Origin: Tubiluchus corallicola
Taxonomy: Eukaryota; Animalia; Priapulida
Length of the DNA stretch: 64,000 nt
Direction of reading: 5' to 3'
Assembly: GCA_030141605.1 (NCBI GenBank)
Contig: JAQGDQ010000004.1
Span: 248,001-312,000, forward strand
Shown: positions 26,004 through 40,190 of the stretch, in pieces
How positions within the stretch are numbered: position 1 is the stretch's first letter
Layout of the letters: the number at the start of each line of letters is the position of its first letter
The notes under the pieces: generated by a model
Seen by the model: the letters and a program-made list of their open reading frames with translations, nothing else
The model's database searches: none
What the model was told of the DNA's origin: nothing
Position numbers and translations under genes: made by a program

Positions 26004-29000
26004 TGTCTGCTGAAGACAGTGGTTGCGGAAATGCTCGCATCCGGATGGGCCCATCGGGGGTAGTGGAATCGTATCTATGGCCAGAAGAAACAAAGGATCA
26101 CAAAGTCTGTCGTTGGGAAATTTTTGTTACTGAAGGAAAGGTAAACCCGTAATATTTCTTAAGTATAACAGAGTCATTATAACTATTTGTGCTGCTTATT
26201 CCCGTTTATTAATCCTTACCAGTTTTGAATAAATTACCATTTCTTATTATTTAACAGGTAATACAAGTCGATTTCATTTCGCCATTTGAGGTTGGGGATT
26301 ATTCTGGCTTGAAGATTAACAGTGAGAGCTGCTTCGACAGACCTGAAGGTTATTTGATCCTATTCGACAACCTGGCAACTTTGGATAACCGAATAGGTAA
26401 CATCTTTCACCCAAAGTTACAGGTGCATTAATTTGCTGGTTCATTCACAAACACTTTGCTAGTTAGGAAGTAACAGAAATAGCTTTGTGTACTTGGCAGT
26501 GGAATTAAATGACCTGGTTGATAATTAGATCGGTAACCGCTAGCAAAACGAGTTCTGGGGCGACGTCATTGTCATGCTACCCCAGCTATTTCACTCAACG
26601 AGGACAGATGCATACTTGCATATCCAAACATGCCTGATGAAAAAAGAAAAAGATTATAACAACCAAGTGTTGTCACTTGACGATGATATTACTGACGACG
26701 ACGACGACAACTGTGACGGTGACGATAAATAAGTTTGATGACGGTGATAAAGAATTTTGGTATGCTTCAGTTATGCTGTGTGGTAGAGAAATTCCTCCAA
26801 GCTATACATCAACTACTAACAGAATGCTAGTTTTCTATGATAACATGCGTTATTCTGCTGGATTATTGGACTTCGTGAAGAAAAGAAAGGGTTTCGCCTT
26901 TACATATACAGAAGTGTCTCCGGTGTCTGATGAAAGTAAGACTCGTTACTACAACACTTATAAATGCTAACTTGGATATTTATGTTTCTGTATAGTCTAC
27001 ATAGTTCCTGTTAACAGTGTCAAAGTGCATTTTGGTATTCATAAACATTTAAAAACAAGTCCCTGTATCACTATCGCGTGAGTAACTTCGGTAAAGAGTG
27101 TTCTTCAATATTTCATTTTTGGTCCTGTCTCACTATGTTTATGGTGCAAGATAAATTTATGCATGAAGGTATCAGGTCTTTAACATTAGTGAAGTTCTAT
27201 CAATGGTAACAATTAAAGGAATTTTGTTGTCCCAGTTGTTCTTATAACTACTTAGTGTAACAGGAGGACCATGTTAAATTTGCAGGCGTTGCTGCAGATT
27301 CTGGTTGCAATTCTCCAGCACATCTTGATCCTCACACAGGCACAATTGCTACTAATGACGTTGAACCTGAATATGCAGCTTCAACATTTTGTCATTGGAG
27401 AATTCCCACAGATCCAACTATGGTATACAAGACTAATATTCATGCACTACATTTCATATTATCCTATCTTCTCCATCACTAGCACTCGATAGGCAAATCT
27501 TTAACTATTTGCAAAGACGTCTGCTTGTTTATTTCAGAAGTTAAAATCTATTGCAGGGTGTAACATAAGCTTTTATTAGGGCTACAAACGAGTAGTACAG
27601 AAAAATTTATTGCATTAAAGTATTTCAATTTATGTCATCAAAGTATTGCGCAATAAATTAAGAGCCTATCGTGTTCTCAATATTTAGTGTCAAAGCCTTG
27701 TGTGTTTCACACAGCCAGCAATGTTGAAGGGTATGGTTGGAACAAATCGAACTAAATGGCTTTTAGATTCACCATTTAGCTTGTGAGGGCCAATAGGGAA
27801 GTGAATAACATCATTCAAAGTTTATTAAAATGCTGTAAATTACTTTCCAGACAATTTCATTGGGATTTGATCACTTTGAACTGGAAGACCCAGAAGATGG
27901 TGAGCATTGCGTCTATGACGCATTCACAATGCATATCTCTGGCCTCGGAATCACAAGTACGTTGAGAAAAATTTACCTTGGTTTTTGCGCTTCTTATATA
28001 TTGCCTTTAACGCTCTGTCTTATTTTCCGAGTACATATCATTGTACTAGCAGCACTACTATTAACATAACAGTAACATATTTATTTACCATAAAATATTG
28101 AGAATCATAACAAAACATTAAGATGCTCAATCAGTGATAGTTAAAAAACACTGTTGGAGGCAAAAACTAAACTACAGGTGCAAAAAATAAAATATAACTT
28201 TAAAGCTGAACTTTACATATTTTACATATTTAAAAGCTGACTATCAGCAAAAATTAAGTCGTTTAATATGGCCTGGGGTAAATGAATTCTGCATTAGTGT
28301 GTAAGTTGTCATATTGGTAAGTTGCGTATTCAAATCTTGACATCATTGTTGCTCTTGTTTTGGTTTTGAATGCGGTTAATGATTTAATAGGTTTGATTTC
28401 GACTGGCAGTGAATTCCAAAGCTGGACGGCGTTTTTTGCTATTGAATTGTTTCCAAAGTGATTGTTTGTTCTGGCGTTTAATTCGGGATTTCTGAGTAGT
28501 GTTATTTTGTTGCTTTTGGATGGATTACTTAAATTATTTATATACTAGCAAAGGCCCCGCAAAAAATTGTGAATAAATGCACATATAATCAACAAAGCGC
28601 GAACATCCTACCTAGTGTTCGTTTATTTACCTAAAACAAAGCCAGCAGCAGCTTTTCTGAATTAAAGTTATAAGTTTATGAGCAGAATATAATGGATGAC
28701 GTCACAACAACATAACATACAACAATATATAACATATCACCGAAATTAATATATACAAATTTGTAAATGAATAATAACGTATGATAAGTTTATGATTCTT
28801 TATGAACTTCTACGATTGGTATTCACTAAAGGTTTCTTACACATTTTTGTACCTTTTACAGGACAATATTGTGGAAACAATTTGCCACCGGATTATACAG
28901 CTGTTGGAGCTACAGAAGTCAATTTAATTTTCAATTCTGACGTGGCACTTAATAAGCCTGGCATTCGGCTTACTTATAATGGTAACAAACGTTTTGGAAG

Positions 29001-29461
29001 TCAATGTGCGCAATATAGTCCTGAACAAGTTCAATTTTATGCAGTACAGGCAGAGCATTGCATAAAGAATTAACGCCAACAAGTTTTACAAGCCATCAGT
29101 TGCGTTTACCAAATTCCTTATTTTAAGATCCAAAGCATGTATAATTTTCAGCTAATAAAGCCAGCCTCTGTTATATCAAAACGCATTTTTGTATAGATGG
29201 CAGAACCATTCTTGCAATCAGCGATAACAATAGTTAGTATTTTTCATAACACAGTAAATTCGTTCATTATGTGACTATACTATTACAGCATTATTCACAG
29301 TTATGTTACGTCACTACGACCCACATTTTACAATAGTCATGTATTTTTCAGCGTGCCCTCTGGGCTATTTTGGCTATCCAGACTGTGACGATCCATGTCT
29401 GTGCTATACAGAATCGGAAATCTGCAATACTTTTAACGGAGATTGCATTGCTTTACCATAA
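26004..29461 (+). CDS. Extracellular protein with two CUB domains and a C-terminal laminin-type EGF module (3' exons)
   Basis: Frame-compatible exons 26004-26140, 26258-26396, 26771-26935 (CUB1: GCG...GVVESYLWP...CRWEIFVTEGKVIQVDF...LCGREIPPSYTSTTNRMLV...GFAFTY), 27286-27422, 27851-27956, 28862-28981 (CUB2: CHWRI...FDHFELE...CVYD...YCGNNLPP...LIFNSD...GIRLTY), 29352-29461 (CPLGYFGYPDCDDPCLC...CNTFNGDCIALP*). AATAAA at 29515. Confidence 0.9.
26478..26560 (+). repeat. Degenerate 5S-related SINE-like copy in a CUB gene intron
   Basis: ATAGCT...GTACTTGGCAGTGGAATTAAATGACCTGGTTGATAATTAGATCGGTAACCGCTAG shares its 3' end (GGTAACCGCTAG) with the 62824 copy. Confidence 0.5.
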
Positions 29462-32400
29462 CACCACGATGTTTCTAAACGCCACCAATAGATGACGCAC
29501 AAGTACTATAAGAAAATAAAAGTTTGTTAACTATCGCAACTAGTATATAAAATTAAAGAATTTTATACTCAAACATGAACTGTAAAAAACGACACGTACT
29601 ATATAAAATGCTAATTAAAATGCCACTTTCCTTATTTATTGTACGTGTTGTTTTATTTTTTCAGTTAATTTCATTTGAAGAGTCATCACAAAACATCATT
29701 AAATTTTAATCACTCTGATGCTATATGCAAGGCCCACAGTTCTTAAGCGTAGTGGTCTTTTTGTGTGATGCTTGTTCTTTTGCAAATAATATGATGTAAA
29801 TTTCGTATGTGTTATTTCTTTTGATTTTTATTTAGTACTTCTTTTTTCCAAGATAATTACAGTCACGTAATTGAACAGATGGTATTGAGGCCTAACGTTG
29901 CAAGCCAAAAATAACCCAAATTATAGAAAATTGATATCGGTTCTCCAAAAAGTTACTATATATAGAATTATTTGCAAACAGTTTCTTGCATGTGCAACAG
30001 CTATAGCAAAACAGCGATTTGCTTTACAGCGTTTGAATGTTTTTTATTATTTGGGTTAAAAAACAAATAAATATACATCAATTCATAAGTATAGTTTAGT
30101 TCAGCTCGATTGCGCAACAGGTACATGTGACCTTGAGCCCTTTTCTATAAAAAGGAAGGCAGAAACAGGAAACAAGCAAAGCAATCCAGACTCACAATTT
30201 GTCTTCGGTTAGTATTCACACAATAACATCTTGATATCAGAAAACTGATTCATAATGATACATTAACTAATAACCATTATTAAAATACCGTTTGAAAATC
30301 TGCTGACTCAAGTTTAGGAAATGATTTACAATAACACGTTTACATGTATGTATACGCTCCCTAGCGTACCCGGTACTTCTGCGGTTTGAAGAAAATATTA
30401 CAATACAGGTTCAAATACAAATAGACCGAAACGGCCTTGAATAGAAATGTATGCAGAAGTTTGTTCGTTGATGTTACAGCTCTACTAGACTATGAAAGCT
30501 ATTTCATCTGCTATAATTTCCCAATAGGAGCCTAACTGGGATGGGTTTGGTGCTAGAAGGTTAGGGGCGGAAGCAAATTGGGTGTTAGTATAAATTCTTG
30601 TACTCTTTAAGAACTTGTACTAACACATTTACTGTGTACTGTGGCTGCAGTGGTCTGAAAATTATTGTACCTATTTTGACCAAATGCAAAAACTTTAAGT
30701 TTATTACAAGTCGAACTAATTAAACATGTTATATTATTTCCACAAAATCAGAAAATATTTGATCCTGACTAATGTACATGTATGTATATGACATAAAGCT
30801 GTGTATTTCATACTGTTATTGGCGCTAACGTTTATAACTACAAAAATTTCTAACTGCACTACTAACTATGCACCAACGCCACGCAGTGCAAAGAGTAAGC
30901 AAGATAACTTCCGAAGTGTTTATATAGGCCTACCATAAGCGTTGTTTCAGTTCCTATTTTTCCCAGCTACTTTATTGGATTGTTTTACACTTTTTGATTC
31001 AAATCCACCAAAATAAACTATTTTTAAAATCACTGCAGAAGAGTAATAAAACTTTCTAATACTTTTATTTTTTAGATTTGACCCAGTTGTGGTCATAACT
31101 TATCATAATTTTCCAGGATAACAAGAAGCTGCATTTCACGTGGGTGGTAAATGATTTGCTGTCCCCTATTATAAAACATTCCACTCATCCATGAACTTGA
31201 GTTACTCATCTTACCATCTGCACTCGCGACTGACAAACAAGCGAAATTTTAGGCTTTCCGCAACATTACCTGTGTAACGATGTAGAAATATGTGACTCCT
31301 GCATGCATCTATGTTGTCTCACTTCCGCCAGTCTATTACAATATGCGACAGCTTTATAAAAATAGCTCCATCTAGTTTCTCTGAAGATTTTTGAAGCACT
31401 ACTAAGTACTAACTTAAGATTATATTATTTATTCAGTGCGTCCTGTGAGATCTTGATGTTCGAGAAATGTAAAGCTTCTAATTTTTAGTAATTTGTGCGG
31501 AAGCAAATAAAGCGTCATCAATCAAATGATCAAATTAATGAAAGAAGAAAAAGGAAGGAAGAAAAAGAGGAAACGTAAAAAAGTAATGTCTAAAAACTGA
31601 ATGAAGAATGGCATGCAAACAGACAGGAAAATAACGAAGGCGAGAAAAACCAATGAGAAAAGGCAGCTGAAATAAATTTAAAAAATGAAAAGAATATTGA
31701 AGAGAAAAAGAAAAAGTTAGGGAATGTTCAAAAATCGTAAATCGCAAGCATTGCAATCCTGCGCACATAAACAGCACCTAAAATGGTGCATTTGCTTTAA
31801 AACAGAAAATTTCACAAGATTGAACTGTTTACGCATCGAAATTCAGCTTTCAGAAATTTTTCAACCTTTCTATCGAATGGTGGCGTTGCATCTAAGCCTG
31901 CTTGTTTTAGATCCCGAATTATAAAAAGTAGTTAGATGTCGATTAACAATTTATAATCAATCATAAATTTATTTAAAAATGTGCAAGTAATTTTGTAATA
32001 TAGAACTTTCTCTTTAATATCTCTTGAAAAGAGGTGATGTTTTGATTCAATTGTCTTCAAGTTATAACATTCTTTAAATTAATTTCATATTAACTTTTCC
32101 ATCTCGTGTAAATTACCGATTAGGATGCTAAAATTTCTGTGCTAATTATCTGTATACCTAAACAAAGCAATTGATAGGTCAAGAACACCGTAGTATATCA
32201 TTTAACCCTTTTTATGGTCAATTAAACTCCACATTAAACCTGCACAATGCACATGCACCGATCATTCTTTAAAACCATTTAAAACATTTTAAAACTGATG
32301 AATGTATTAACGGTCCCAACCAATTAACGATAACTTTTCTGTTTGCAAAAAAGCAATGGAATTTAATACATGTATTAATTTTTAATACTACATTCATTAT

Positions 32401-32499
32401 TTACTGCGGGTATATTGTGTACCGAGTTAATATTGCGTGACTGACGTATTGCAGCTTAACGATAACTGGCTAGCAAATTAGCCAACTAACCGGTTAGTT

Positions 32500-32590
32500 T
32501 TCTTGCTTGTTTGCTTGCTTGCTTGCTTGTTTGCTTATTTACTTACTTACTTACTTACGGACTTACGAACTTACGAACTTACTTACTTAT
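32500..32590. repeat. Compound (TTGC)n/(TTAC)n microsatellite
   Basis: Visible tetranucleotide arrays. Confidence 0.85.
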
Positions 32591-33904
32591 CACAAAACTG
32601 CACGATTTAGTCGAAAAAGTTAATACACTACTGCACAATAGTTCTTCCGCCACTCGTCAAAACAAAATAATGTTTTTATATTTCATTGCACGTAACCTCC
32701 AGTAATATATTCATACACGTTATAAAGTAATTGATTCCTCTTCACTCCTCTATAGCCAACGGCTATCCGTCCCCATTTCTACCTATGGTTCCGGAGATGC
32801 TAGTCATTATAAACTGAACAATTTAGGGAACAACAAGGAAAACGTTTTATGAACTTAAACGGCAAATCTGTGTCAAGTTGTCAACCCATTTTACGGAACG
32901 AACGCTTAATAAAAAGGTGAGTAATAAAATGTTACTTTTTATTTCGAATTAAAGTGATGCTGCAAAAGTCACATTTTTTATCACGATGCTTTAGTGCAAA
33001 GCCAGAAATCGTAGCCTTTTTTAAAATTAATTTTTATCAGTTCACTAATATTTTTTTGTTTTACGAGAGATATGGCGCCTTCCGTTAACAAGAAAAACAA
33101 AGCATCGAAGTTGATGTTCTTTGAATTTATCATTAAAACGCAGTCCACCTCCCTCCCCATGATCTCCGGCCCTTTGTGCACAAGATCCATGAATCTTGAA
33201 AAATCTCGCAATGAATTGATCAGCGCATATTAATCACCTGTTTGAAATTTTTACCCTGTTTAAGTTACAAAGTACTTAAGAACTTAATCGAAATACTAGA
33301 TTAGAATGGATTAAAAGTGAAATATAGAGAAAACTTTCTTTAATAACTACAGAATGAACAGAGACAGCTTTGTCTTAAACTATTATCAAGGAGAGGCACG
33401 GTAGCATACTAATAATGTACCAAGAAATTGGACATATGAAGTGTGTATTGCCATATAGGTAGCGATTCTTACCTGGCATCGGAATTTTACACTTTTTGTC
33501 TGAATATGTGACAATACCCGTAATTCTTGAACAGTCCGCAATAACAATATAATTCACTGACTTATCTTTAGTTTCGACTTCAAAATTTTGATTAATTTTG
33601 CATGGTTAGCAATAAATTTTGTGCTTTCAGTAGTTCAAGCACAATTTTAAACTGAGTCTAAGCAGGGTAAGTACTCTACATACACGTATTATTATTTTTT
33701 CTCCGAACCAACATATTTCTTGCACAGGATGTCTCCCATAAAATCATTAGCCAAGTTTCTAGAATCAGGGTCTTGTTTCACCTGTAATTTTTGTCTCTAT
33801 GGCAAAACCTCTTATTTAGAACAACCCTTATATATATATATATATATCTAACACTGGCAAAGTGAAAAGCACACCTGACATTTAGGCCTACCCCTAGGGA
33901 CAAC

Positions 33905-36873
33905 CCAGTTATAAAGGTGGAATTCAGTACAACAAAGCAATCATGTCAGTGGAAAGTGTTTATACAGTTTCTAGATCTTAACACTCGGCACAGAAAATGT
34001 TAAGATGATTACTGCGTTAAAGACGCGGTTGTCTAGAACGGGAGCTGTTGCCGAAAGCAGATTTCAAGGTCGCGTAAACTTCCTTTCTTTCCTTTCTTCT
34101 AGCTTTTTTCTAAGTTTTCGCGCCGCAGTTCTATTTTCAGTTTCCGATGAACAAAGAAACTTTCCCGATTCCTCTCGGCCAACAAGCAGATGTTCCTTAA
34201 GATGATAAAGGTAACTATCTAAATCACACTTTCTTAACATCGTAAATATAACTTGCAAACCCCGTAGCAAAAAACGGCTATTAAAATTACTGGACGGTTA
34301 CAATACGTGCGTGGGGTAGGAATGTAGGCGCTATTCAACTTTTTGCACAATATAGAACAAACCGGGAGCGACAATGTCATCATTCTATTCTTAAAAATAA
34401 CCGTTCGGAAATACCAACGATAAAAAATAAAGAGTTGAAACATCAATGGGTTTTACGTCACCACTTAGCGGCCCTTGGTTCGTTTGTTCTTAATCATTTT
34501 TGTGGCCTTTTTGAGAATTCCTTTTAATGACGTGAAAGAGCCAACTTCTAGTAATCAACATTATTTTTAGAAGCGCAGACGATCGTTTCCTTTACTATAT
34601 TAGGCCAATAATTAGGCTTTTGACAATACATTCCAAAATATCAAAAGAATACTTAATTTTCCACTTCATAACCACTTATTTATCCACTTTATATACCATT
34701 TTCCACTTCTCGTTAACAAAAATTATTTTTATTAAAACATTAACAAAATTTATTCTTAGTCTCAGAAGCCAACTTAGGGCATACTTATCTATATATTCTT
34801 TTTTTGCCATTTATTTTATGCAATTAATTTTTTAGATTGATTTTCCACATATTCTGTAAGAATAAATATTTCAGTTATCTGTTAAACTCTCAGTTAATAG
34901 TCCTCGGTAGATTAACCATTAACCATAACAGTGTCTAACTTTGGCTAATTTTTTCTCCAGAGCTGCTTCTATATGAAATTATTCTTCTATTTATGACTAT
35001 TTTATTGACATTTGAAAAGAAATCTCATGTGGCTTTTCAAGCTTGGCAGATTACTGATAGAGTTAAAACACAGCTTGTTCTCACTATATCTGTTAATGAT
35101 TACATCGTATATTCCGCGCCAGTTATTTCTTTGTTGTTTCTTCTACTCTTGTTGTTGAATACATTGGATTGAATTCGACATGGCTCCGGAGTCAATAGGT
35201 CGAATTCCAGGATAGCCTTGCAACTCTTTAATCCCGCAGTAAGACGATCCATATTGTATAGTAGTTCCTTAATGTAATTAATTATTTAACTAATAAAATT
35301 CTCTTAACTACAAATGTTATTTAATTAATAATTAATTGTTAATGAAATAATTGCATATATCTCTCGTAGCATGTCACCTAGCACACACAAAATAGAACAC
35401 TAGAATAACACAGTAACACGTTTTATTATCAGCACTTATAACAAAAAGAGGGAAACAGAATACACAAAAAACTAAGTAAGTAACAGCACTCAGATACTAG
35501 GACAGGGAGCACCTGTGCCAGAAATTAAGGCTGTAGTGACCTCTACACGCTTTTATACTGGTATTCCAGGTCAGCTGGCTTCTCACACCATGTGTGGGCT
35601 CATACGATATGTCTACAAAGAAGTGGTGACTTGCTGCTAACGTGGAAGCAGAGCGCGCAGAGGAATCCTATGCCTGACCCGGCAGTAGGTGTCACCATAA
35701 CAATATCTTACCCAAGTATATTATGAATTTATGTTCGTGAATCTTTCTATAGCTTTCCGATTATATAAAACGTCTGCAGCCATAGCGTAATTAACAATCA
35801 TAATAATAACAGACTTGTATAATATACCTTTGTAATATTTAATACATTTAATTCTTTAAGCATTTTAAAACGTTGCCGTTACAGCAATTATTCATCGGCA
35901 CAAACTAAACCGGAAACGGACATTTTCCGTTTCAGCAGCTGACATGACAGTTTTTTCACGAACAAACAAACGAATAATGAGCAGCTTTTTGAATTTCCTA
36001 TTGTTGTTTTTAAACCTGTACTTCATATTTTTAAATGTATCAGAAAATAATTTTTAACTATTCTCGTCAAACAAATTCATCAGAAAACAAATAATTCATT
36101 AATTTGTTTAACTACTTCTAGTGCAAAACTAGTCTAGCAAGTTATAAGCAGTTATGCACCGGTAACATATTCTAATGGAAGAACCATGAATAATTCAAGG
36201 CCGCTTGTAAAAAAAACGTTTTCCTGCAGAACTGGAACTGGACGCTGGTAAGCGACGGACGATTTTCCGGAAGTCTAAAGTGACCTTGAGGAGCAATGTC
36301 ACATTGTTTAAAAAATCTACCACAGCAAAACAAAATATTAATGAATTTTAATTTCAGAAGTGATAGAATGGCAAAATAGTCAAAGTAGCTAAATCGTAAA
36401 CTCTGAGACAGCTTATTGCTTTTACGGCAAACAGTTATATTGAATGTTCAAGCCTTTATAGATAATGAAAAAAGAAGGCCTAAATTGAATATGAAGTCTC
36501 TCCAAAATATAATATTCCTATATATGATGGTCATAATCCACTTTAGAATTGAAATTCTCCCCATTTGTTACCAAATTATTTAACCGTTCTGACCTGATGC
36601 GTTGTTTGCGAGCTGCCTACATACCCTAAAAGAAGGCAATAAATAAAATCGGTAAGAACTTAATCTGTTCCCGCCAATAGCCTGTTTTTGGTCGCCACAC
36701 TTGAACTGTTGCCACTGACCTACTTCCAAACTGACTACCTGTGTGTGCTTTGCAGATTCTGAAACGCTTTTTTCGCAAGCCCCCGGCGAACGGGAACTTT
36801 CACTTTCAATCCGACGTGTTCGGGCGACTTAAGTAGTTTCCGTGGGGGTGCAAGGAGTTTGCGAGCTACTAAG
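33905..36873 (+). promoter_or_regulatory. Possible TATA promoter and non-coding 5' exons of the NR0A gene
   Basis: TATAAA at 33910, Inr-like TCAGT near 33946, donor AAG|GTAACT at 34209; a second exon-like block TTGCAG|36757-36873|GTATGA. The first coding exon has an acceptor near 42937, so upstream UTR exons must exist. Linkage to these blocks is inference. Confidence 0.3.
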
Positions 36874-39050
36874 GTATGAAACATTGACCAATTCTAGTAA
36901 TTTGTCGTTGTTTAAACAATTATTGTAATTGCTGGCGAGACAGACTAAACTAAAAAGTTAGCGTACATTTTTCAACAGCCTCTGTTGCACTTTCCGATGA
37001 ATCATACCTCAACACCTGTTCTGTACCGTTGGTGAGACCCATCGGCCAGCAATTTCACTTTCTGTAAACTTGTCATGCCTAGCAAAGCGTGACAAATTAT
37101 AACATTTTCACCACTCGTGATACAGATACTAAACAAGTCGAATTATTAAACCAGCACCAAAAATATACGACAGTTATTACATTCGGATAACATTGGGAAA
37201 ACGCAAATATTTTTGGTGTTCGATTAATACTAAAGATATCAAAAATTTGTTTTTCTTTAAAAGTTTAAAAGAAAAAAGTCTTCGCAGTTGTCGTGATGAA
37301 GACAGATTCCGGGTGATGATATTAGTGTATTCGAATAACGTATGCATAATTGTAATATCTAAAATTACTCGTCCGTTTTGCCTACAAGTAACATCAGTAT
37401 AATAAGGTATGTGCCGTGAAAACTTGTTTATATGCTATAATCATTAATGTAAGATGGTTATTGTTGTCATTATAATTAGTTAATTGATTAATATAACTGC
37501 AATTGAATAAAAGCTGATTGTCACTATGACTGATTAAATAAACTTATAGTGTACTTAAGCCCAACTGTATGTGAGTTACGGAAGTAATAAAGGAGCGTGT
37601 CTTCATTAGCATTTTGACTAAATGAGTTAACGTGTCTCGCCACTATTATCTGAAGGTTAATTGTTTGTAGAGGTTGAAGATTGCTTTGCGGTAGCAGTTA
37701 AAGGTGAAATGTAGATAATAGTTGCCTTTACGGTTTCTAAACTGCAAACACGAAAACTTTTACTAAAAAAGATTCACTTTATGAAAAAAATGAACAAATA
37801 ATTACAAATTCGCTTTTTATTGCTGGAGACAAAATTAGGTGTTTTTACAAATTGGGCATAAAAATACCTTTTCTACTTACTCATATAGGCGCTTAATTGT
37901 TTTAATAGAAATTATAAAAATTGTAAAAGAAATGATATCACTCTTATTTTTTTTTAAAAAAGTTTTGTTGATCGCGATTAAACTATTAGTCACAAACCTC
38001 TTAAATTTCGAAAGAAGTCTTTTCTCCTGATTTTCTTTTTGAAAGGCATCCAACCAGTTAAAACCAACAATCAAATCATCCTAATAAATAAACAGACTTT
38101 CTAAAAATCAGTTAGCATATGCCAAAGTCTTTCTAATACGTTTCATGGAGCACATAAGTTGCGTTGGTCTGAGGTTATCGCGGATTTTCGGTATTCATGC
38201 AAATACGAAAATGAAACTTTTGCGTGATTATTTCACTTAGGAACTGACAGGTATTTAATTTTGTCTTCAAAAAATTTTCAATTTTTCTTTTGAAGAGTTT
38301 TCAACTCAAGACTCAATATTTTTAATGCGTCTACATGGACCTGAACCGAGTATGCAGTACTAAGTGCCAAGCTTCTCTAGTTACTATTATGCATAACAAT
38401 TCCATCCAGTCTTCAGTGCAACTATATTCAACTATGCAATCTTAATCAAAAAGTAGTCTCTTTTTATTCTTATTTTACTTACTTAATTAATGATAATCAC
38501 ATTCATTGGGCTAGTTTGTAATTTTACTCAGTGCTGCCCCACAGGCTGAACATGAATATGAAATTGCATAAAACCTTGAAATTTGAACATGCGACATGAT
38601 ATGATTCGTAGCCGCAGGGACTTTTACATAATTCCCATAACTGCAAACAGGTTAACGAGGATTTAAAAAGAAATGAAATTAACTAGGATTGCGAATTTAG
38701 TGTATAACTCGGTGAATAAGTTATTAGCGGTGATTAGCTATAAAAATTAACATTTGCAAAGAAGTAACAGGAACGCTTGACAGAGGGAACGCACGCAAGT
38801 TTCCGGCTTAATTCTTTGGTTAAATTACGTCTAAAAAGTTTGTGTACGTCTGTGAGACTTAACCTGACTCAAGAAAATTTTATCTTTTCTCAATTAATGG
38901 TGGTGCGTCGCACGCTGTCGCGTTTATTATAAGAAAAAATCAATTAGAAATGAAGAAATACTGAACCAACAGAAAGGTCATAACCAAGTTAAGTTGAAAA
39001 CAAATTGAAAATAAGTTCAAATCATTGAGACAACAGATGTAAAAAAAATG

Positions 39051-39135
39051 TTCTAGCGGCCACCCATGCACCTTTAAGCAACCATAACATTGCTTAACTT
39101 CGACCGCTAAGCACGTACCGCAACCGCTCAGCTAT
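39051..39135 (-). repeat. Chimeric tRNA-head / 5S-derived SINE-like copy
   Basis: Reverse complement ATAGCTGAGCGGTTGCGGTACGTGCTTAGCGGTCGAAGTTAAGCAATG...GCATGGGTGGCCGCTAGAA: tRNA A-box-like start joined to 5S box A and box C-like sequence. Confidence 0.6.
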
Positions 39136-40059
39136 TATATTTCGTAATTATAAATAACCCGATTCACAAACTGTATAAGAGTACAATATTTATATATTTA
39201 TAAACAAATAAGGTACGATTGTGAAAATTTGTCTTACAGTTTATTTGCTATAATAACCTATAGTTGCACATCGCAGATGAACGTACTGTCAACTGTTAAA
39301 TTTACTCTACTTTTCGATTTTATTAAATCGTGAAACAAGTATGACTGAAAAAGTGAAAAAATTAATTGTACACTCTCCTTTTGTATAAGTGAGATCATTT
39401 TTATGGCTATATTCACAAGTAGCGGACATTGTACCATAACTGTGCCATGCATCTCGCCTGTTTGCCCCAATTTGAAATTTTGATGTTGCAAACGTTTTCT
39501 AATTTGCCAGCTAAATAGTAAAATGAAACTTCAAAGGCTATTAATAAGTCAAAAAGTTTTATGACAATTCTATAATTACTTTCTTGTTAAACTAAGCTCA
39601 AGAGAACTAACTAGTCACATTAAAAAGCGCAGTTTCTTAGCACACCACAAGCGGTTGCGGCACTGCCATTGGATATAAACTGCAAGTTGTTCTTAACACC
39701 CACAAAACTTACTTACTTACTTACTTACTTTTACTAGCAATTTTGGCGCCGCCCATTTTTCTTCAGCAAGCGGCAAAAATAACAAAAATAAAGATATGCC
39801 ATACTTAACGTTTATTACAGGAGTGCTAATTTGACAAATCGTTTTTACATATTCAAACAAACCTTTAATACTTTGGATAGTATTTTTTGACGAAGTTTAA
39901 AGAATAGCGTTTCCATAAGTTTTCATGTTTTTCATTCTCAATGAGGATTTTAAGCAGTTAAAAGAATTTCGATAAATATAGGCTTGCAAGCATAATTCTA
40001 AATTTGATGAACTCACTATCAGTAGTCGCTATTTACAATTAGTTTACGATTGAGTAGTA

Positions 40060-40190
40060 TCTATTTTAAGACAGTGAGCTTGTAACTCAGTGGCTCCAGG
40101 TTCAAATCCGAGCTTAGTTCCGATTTTTCCTTCCTTCGGCCATATTTAAATTGAAAAGTTGTGAGCTCATTCTAGCATCGGGAGAATTTC
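40060..40190 (+). repeat. tRNA-derived SINE-like copy
   Basis: TGAGCTTGTAACTCA anticodon-arm-like hairpin and B box GGTTCAAATCC; body homologous to the 16800 copy. Confidence 0.55.

Noticed and set aside
39391-39413. bantam-like miRNA sequence TGAGATCATTTT
   Set aside because: Only the 5' half matches and no complementary arm is visible nearby.
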